A program made the translations under genes and the position numbers. From the IMG/VR virus record IMGVR_UViG_3300030376_005178: DNA of 64,000 bases. One strand, written 5' to 3'. This document shows positions 58,785-64,000 of this stretch, in pieces. This DNA is from an uncultured virus (IMG/VR IMGVR_UViG_3300030376_005178). Its lineage: Duplodnaviria > Heunggongvirae > Uroviricota > Caudoviricetes. The first letter of the stretch is position 1; every line of letters begins with the position of its first letter. The notes beneath the pieces were generated by a model. The model worked only from the letters and a program-made list of their open reading frames with translations. It was not told the origin of the DNA and did no database searches.

Positions 58785-61700
58785 TTATTTATCTTTGATG
58801 TCATCGACCTGTTGTGACAAGTCTTTGACTGCCTCAATTAGTAGAGGAATCAGTTTATTATAGTGGACACCCTTAGTGCCGTCAGGTTTAGTTGATACTG
58901 CTTCAGGAAGAACCTTTTCAACATCTTGAGCAATGACACCAATGTCATGTCCTTGATAGTTCTTGTTACCTTCCTTCCAGTCATATTCAGTACCACGAAT
59001 ACCCATTAGTTTTTCTAATGAACTATCCAAGATATTGATATTCTCTTTTAATGTAGCATCAGATGATTGACCATAGAATGCGATAATATCATCGAGACAA
59101 TGTAATGGTCCTTTAAAGGTAGCACCAGAACCACTATGATAGAAGTCACCACTCATTGTAGTGAATCCAGTGAAGTTAACAGTATCATTAAAGTTAACTT
59201 CTGCAGAATATGATGTATCAGTTGCAATAGCAACAGAGTATCCAGGAGCAGCATTAAGAATTAAATCACCTGCACCAAACTTGGTAGTAATCTCAGTATT
59301 ATTAGTTCCAACACCAACTTTAATGTTGTTGATATTTGCACCAGATGGGAACTGACCAGTAAATGTTATATCACCTGCTAGTTCAATACTACCACTAGAT
59401 ACAACCTTACCAGTAAAGTTAACATCATTAGTAAATGTAACAGGACCATCAAATTGTGATAAGATATTCTGCTGAATACCACCCTCTACATTTATTCTTT
59501 GCTTAACTGTAACTTCATCAAATACAACTGAGTTGGCAGAAGGATCTTCACCAGTAATTGTTGGAATAGGAATACCATATGAGGATTCTTTACCACTTGC
59601 TGATGAAATACGCTTGTTACCAATATAGAAGTCACCTCTATTATTCAATCCAGTGTAAACAACAGAACCACCACCTCTTTCTTGTGCTTGTGCAAGATAC
59701 TCCTCAGTATCAGTCAGAGTTCTATTCTGTACCTGTGGTAGTGATGTTGAATAGTTACCTGGACCATAACCAAGGTATTCAAATGTGTGACCTGATGCTC
59801 TAAGGATAGATGGTCGTCTAGTCTCTATACCAAATACTTTGATCTTCTTAATCATAGAATCAATAGTATGTGCTTTAGGAACTGTTCCTAATTGTCCTCT
59901 GAGTACAGTAAATGCATTATTACCAGATCCACTTAACCCACTAGCAGATATTCTTAGAATTTCCTCATCTATTTCAACATAATCACCAATTAAGAATCTA
60001 TGAGCAGTACCAACACCAGTGTGTTGAACAGGAATAGATGTATCTGTATTGGTTATATTAGTCTGTAATCCAACATTATCTCCATCATATAAGTTAAAGT
60101 ATCTTGAACCAATAGCTTCTTCAATACTAACTGATTGATTATGATCTGAGAAAGCATGAGGTAATATTCTATATCCTGCAACAAATACAGGATCACTTAC
60201 AGTCTTAGCACTAAATGAAGTTACACCAATACGAGTCTGACTGTAGTAGTCACCAACCTTAAGATTGCTAGAATTTCTAATAGTGAACTGTTCACCTTGT
60301 CTAATCGCATGAGCACCAGATGTAACAAATGTAGTAACACCTGTAGTAGCATCAAACTCTGTAGATGCAATAGCAACAGAAGGTCCAACTCTAAAGATAT
60401 ATTGATCTGAAGTAACTGTTGGATCTAATGTTGATATACCAATAGTAACTTGATCTTTAGCACCAACCTTAGTGATTATATAATATCCACCATCAGTTTT
60501 TCCAGTACCAGTTACTTGGAGTACATCATTAACAGAATTAATAATACCTGTAGTTGGAACACCAATAGATGCACCAGCAAAATTCTCAGGGAATAATGTT
60601 TCACCACCAACATATCCTGATCCAGGATTCTGTAGTGCAAATGTAGTAATAGCAGTAGAACCTACACCAACAGTAATATGTGCAGTTGCACCATTCCAAT
60701 TTTGTGATCCATCTAACAATCTTACATTATACTTATCAGTAACAGCAAATCCTGTTCCACTACTCATCCAAGATCCATTTTCATATTCAACAAATCCATT
60801 TAACTCATGCTGAGTTGTTAATTGAACTGTTGCTACACCAGCAGAAACAGCAGTAACACTAGAGACAGCAATTCCAACACCAATGTTCTTAGTAAACTTA
60901 TCAATAGATTCTCTTGTTAATGAATTAAGAAGACTATTAGTTTCTACTTTACCAAGTGGATCTCTTCTTGCAAAAGATACAGCAGGTGGTGGATTCTTCC
61001 TAATATTATCTCTATCTAACTGTGGATAGAAATCAGTAATCTGCTGACTGTATTCTTGATCTGTAAATTCTGTTGGTGGTGCATAGTCAGATGCAGTAAG
61101 TTCTAATAGATATACACCATCACTTTCATCTTTAACCCAATTAGATAATGCTCTTGACCTATAAATGTCAAAGTTACCACCATTATCATTAATACTAAAC
61201 CTAGGTAAGAATAAATCTCGGTTATGATTACCTTCAATATATGAACCAGTATTTCTCTTAACACCAGCAGTATCAGTATTACTGAACTGATACTCCATAT
61301 TATTAACTACATTACTTACTGTAAAGTAACCGTTGTATCCTTTATTTGCTAATCCAACATTATTATTAGAATCAAGGATATTTTGAGTTAATACAACATC
61401 ACCTACCTTAACACCATGAGGTAGTTCACATCTTACAGTTACAGTATCACCTACTTCACTACAAGTTGCGATAAATGAATACTTTCTCTTAAAGTTAGTA
61501 TCAGTAGCATTAATACTTGTAGCATTTATATCAGCAGTTTTTGCATAACCAGTTTCACCTGTATTTTGAATAATAAATCCATCTACAGGATTTCTTGAGT
61601 TATTTGCTTGCTTAGGTATTACATAACGAACCTTGTATAGCTTATTCTCAATACCTCTACGATCTTCATACCTCTTAAAGTATGCAGGATCAGTTTCATC

Positions 61701-64000
61701 TATAGTATTAATATTAGTATTATTAACAATTTCATTATAAAGAGTACTATTTGTTTCACTTAATACATACCAGTTATTCTGGTTGGCATCCCATTGTACT
61801 GGATGACCAATATTACTTGGAGATTTATCACTTACTCTACTTTCAATCCTTAAATTACTACCACCATACATGGCAATAGGAATATTATTAATTGCATTAG
61901 AGAATGTTTTTGCTACCTTAATAGAGGTGCTACTAACTTTAATAGCATAGTAAACTGTATTTGGTGCTAGGTTCTCAGGTAGATCACCATCATCACTAAA
62001 CACACGAATAGTTTCACCATTTATAAGACCAATATCATTAACTGCTAACTCAAAATTACCATTAGGTACACTTGCAGGACTAAACTTAGTTCCTCTATGT
62101 GAATTGATACCAACATTAGAAGTCTGTACACCAGCAGTTACATTTTCTGGCATATAAATTGGAGAACTGAATTCAGTACCACCAATAGAAAGATATAATT
62201 TCTCATTTAAATTAGCACCAATTCTATATCCTTGGGTTAATCCAAGTGGTGATACATCTTCCCTAGTAAATCCAGAAAGGTATAGATGTGATGATATACC
62301 AGTTTGTTGTGTCTTGTTAACATCTAACTGGAACCAAGTAATATTATCTAAGTCTTCTGCATATGTTGGAACATATTCAGGTGCAACAAAGTGTGTGATA
62401 TATCCTTGGTCATCTCTTGGGAAAGCAGAGTTTCTAAATCCATCTGCAACTAAAGCATACTGACCAAAGTTGGAGTTAGAGTTAGTAATAGATGCGTCAG
62501 CACCACTCTCACCTCTTAAGTGACCATTAAATCCAATAGCGAATACAGAAACAATCTGAAGTTGTGCATTATTGGTTATGGCAACATGATCCTGCTCCCA
62601 TCCTTTACGGTATACTGCTCCACTATCCAAATGATAAACAGTAGTTGGGTCAGTAGAACTAGATTCTGCACTTAATGTTGCACCTTTAACAAGATTGTAT
62701 GATATTGATTCATATAAACGAGTTTCTTTATTATACTTTACAAATGCTCTATCATCTTTCTGCAATGAAATACCAGTAAACTGAGCAACAACCATTGAAC
62801 GGAAACCAGTTGCCTTGCTACCATCAGCTTTCATTCCTTGCATACCATAAACTGATCTCATTGAACAGTTAAAGATATAAGGTGATGCACCCTTGACAGT
62901 ATCAGATTCAATAGTTACTCTAGCTGTAGTAATATTGGTAGGTTTAGCAGGTAAATTATTAGGGAAATCTGCTATAAGATAAGTAAATTGTGTACTTGAT
63001 ATAACACTCTGAACTACAGTAGAAATATTATATTCATTTACATTAACTCCACTAATCTTAATAGGAGTACCAGCAGTAAGATCATGTGGTAACTGAGTCT
63101 GTACTGTTACCTGTGATGTAGGTGTCAATCCATCACCAGATATGATTGTTGATATTACTAATGGGTCAGTACCAAGAGCACCAACGATTTCATATTCTTC
63201 TCTAACCTTATCAAAGTCACCCTCTAAGTTTGGCCATTCGTAGTTAACTGCACGACCTGTTGGTTCCTGATAAGCATAACTTAGCTTATAGTAGTACATG
63301 CTAAGGTCAGTCTTCTCATATCCCTTAACATCGTTAATACCGTCAGCATACTCAAAGCATGTCAACTTATGGTGAGAGAATGTTGGTTTAGATTGATTAG
63401 CTTCAGTAAATTGTTGGTGATCAGTATATACTAACTTTTGCTCGTTTCCATCAAAGAATGAGAACTGCCAGAAATAACAGTTACCAGTAATTCTGAATAT
63501 AGCAGTTTCTGGAACTCCAGTATCTGTTGGGTTAGGAACATACTTTGGTCTTATCTTTGTCTTTCTGAGGTCCATACCCACGATGGATGTACCACGAGGT
63601 ACTATAACTCCACCATTTACTGAGTTGAACTTATAAAGAACATTATTTTCTACTAATAAATCAAATTCACTAGTCAAACTAAGACTAAATGTTGTTGTAG
63701 CAAGAGTCTCAGCACCTGAAGGAGAAACTGATACTGCCCTAGTAGCATCTGAAGGATCTACTTTTAATGCAAATCCAGGTCTATTGTCAATTAAATGCTC
63801 ACCTGGATATATTAGAATAGTTGTCTTATCACTTTCGTCGTTATCAATACCTGACTGATAGGAGAATCTAGCAGATTCTAACAGTGCTCGCTGTATCGTT
63901 TTAAAGGGTTTTGTTAAAGAGTTACCCTGATTAGTAATACTATCGGTGGAATCCAAGTCATTTGGATTAACATAGAGAATCCTACCCTCAGTATTCTTTA
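58785..64000 (-). CDS. Large tail fibre protein with C-terminal peptidase S74 intramolecular chaperone (5' end outside the window)
   Basis: Frame stays open to the edge (KNTEGRILYVNPNDLDSTDS); C-terminal SD..LKENI...GVIAQDVEKVLPEAV...YNKLIPLLIEAVK. Confidence 0.88.
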   Translation of the reverse strand, partial: KNTEGRILYVNPNDLDSTDSITNQGNSLTKPFKTIQRALLESARFSYQSGIDNDESDKTTILIYPGEHLIDNRPGFALKVDPSDATRAVSVSPSGAETLATTTFSLSLTSEFDLLVENNVLYKFNSVNGGVIVPRGTSIVGMDLRKTKIRPKYVPNPTDTGVPETAIFRITGNCYFWQFSFFDGNEQKLVYTDHQQFTEANQSKPTFSHHKLTCFEYADGINDVKGYEKTDLSMYYYKLSYAYQEPTGRAVNYEWPNLEGDFDKVREEYEIVGALGTDPLVISTIISGDGLTPTSQVTVQTQLPHDLTAGTPIKISGVNVNEYNISTVVQSVISSTQFTYLIADFPNNLPAKPTNITTARVTIESDTVKGASPYIFNCSMRSVYGMQGMKADGSKATGFRSMVVAQFTGISLQKDDRAFVKYNKETRLYESISYNLVKGATLSAESSSTDPTTVYHLDSGAVYRKGWEQDHVAITNNAQLQIVSVFAIGFNGHLRGESGADASITNSNSNFGQYALVADGFRNSAFPRDDQGYITHFVAPEYVPTYAEDLDNITWFQLDVNKTQQTGISSHLYLSGFTREDVSPLGLTQGYRIGANLNEKLYLSIGGTEFSSPIYMPENVTAGVQTSNVGINSHRGTKFSPASVPNGNFELAVNDIGLINGETIRVFSDDGDLPENLAPNTVYYAIKVSSTSIKVAKTFSNAINNIPIAMYGGSNLRIESRVSDKSPSNIGHPVQWDANQNNWYVLSETNSTLYNEIVNNTNINTIDETDPAYFKRYEDRRGIENKLYKVRYVIPKQANNSRNPVDGFIIQNTGETGYAKTADINATSINATDTNFKRKYSFIATCSEVGDTVTVRCELPHGVKVGDVVLTQNILDSNNNVGLANKGYNGYFTVSNVVNNMEYQFSNTDTAGVKRNTGSYIEGNHNRDLFLPRFSINDNGGNFDIYRSRALSNWVKDESDGVYLLELTASDYAPPTEFTDQEYSQQITDFYPQLDRDNIRKNPPPAVSFARRDPLGKVETNSLLNSLTRESIDKFTKNIGVGIAVSSVTAVSAGVATVQLTTQHELNGFVEYENGSWMSSGTGFAVTDKYNVRLLDGSQNWNGATAHITVGVGSTAITTFALQNPGSGYVGGETLFPENFAGASIGVPTTGIINSVNDVLQVTGTGKTDGGYYIITKVGAKDQVTIGISTLDPTVTSDQYIFRVGPSVAIASTEFDATTGVTTFVTSGAHAIRQGEQFTIRNSSNLKVGDYYSQTRIGVTSFSAKTVSDPVFVAGYRILPHAFSDHNQSVSIEEAIGSRYFNLYDGDNVGLQTNITNTDTSIPVQHTGVGTAHRFLIGDYVEIDEEILRISASGLSGSGNNAFTVLRGQLGTVPKAHTIDSMIKKIKVFGIETRRPSILRASGHTFEYLGYGPGNYSTSLPQVQNRTLTDTEEYLAQAQERGGGSVVYTGLNNRGDFYIGNKRISSASGKESSYGIPIPTITGEDPSANSVVFDEVTVKQRINVEGGIQQNILSQFDGPVTFTNDVNFTGKVVSSGSIELAGDITFTGQFPSGANINNIKVGVGTNNTEITTKFGAGDLILNAAPGYSVAIATDTSYSAEVNFNDTVNFTGFTTMSGDFYHSGSGATFKGPLHCLDDIIAFYGQSSDATLKENINILDSSLEKLMGIRGTEYDWKEGNKNYQGHDIGVIAQDVEKVLPEAVSTKPDGTKGVHYNKLIPLLIEAVKDLSQQVDDIKDK
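58786..58792 (-). promoter_or_regulatory. Late-promoter-like ATAAATA
   Basis: Overlaps the upstream stop, 30 nt before ATG 58756; same arrangement as at gp7/gp8. Confidence 0.55.

Overview
AT-rich segment of a T4-like marine cyanomyovirus (Prochlorococcus/Synechococcus phage type); essentially all genes are on the minus strand. In transcription order (right to left) the window holds: (1) tail-fibre genes, including one with a C-terminal S74 chaperone and a gp38-like Gly-rich adhesin (64000-54397); (2) a tailoring-enzyme block with 2OG-Fe(II) oxygenases, two tryptophan-halogenase-like genes, a ligase-fold protein and a PD-(D/E)XK nuclease (54389-48074); (3) an early region of many small genes, an SF2 helicase, an amino-DNA methyltransferase and an ArdA-like protein (48087-36802); (4) an ~850-bp non-coding repeat region that looks like an origin (36800-35950); (5) conserved small genes and a host-like ycf35/DUF2997 pair; (6) baseplate gp25-gp6-gp7-gp8, a DUF4815/VrlC-like protein and another large fibre running off the left edge. 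Nine promoters (38341-53787) share an 8-6-8 palindrome at a fixed distance from the -10 box. The most striking unexplained structure is at 46960-44672. There an early promoter drives a ~480-nt heavily base-paired RNA with a kissing-loop pseudoknot, followed by an Arg/Lys-rich protein and a terminator. A second promoter then drives a ~160-nt closed multi-stem RNA directly ahead of the helicase. All calls come from reading motifs by eye; no database or folding program was run.
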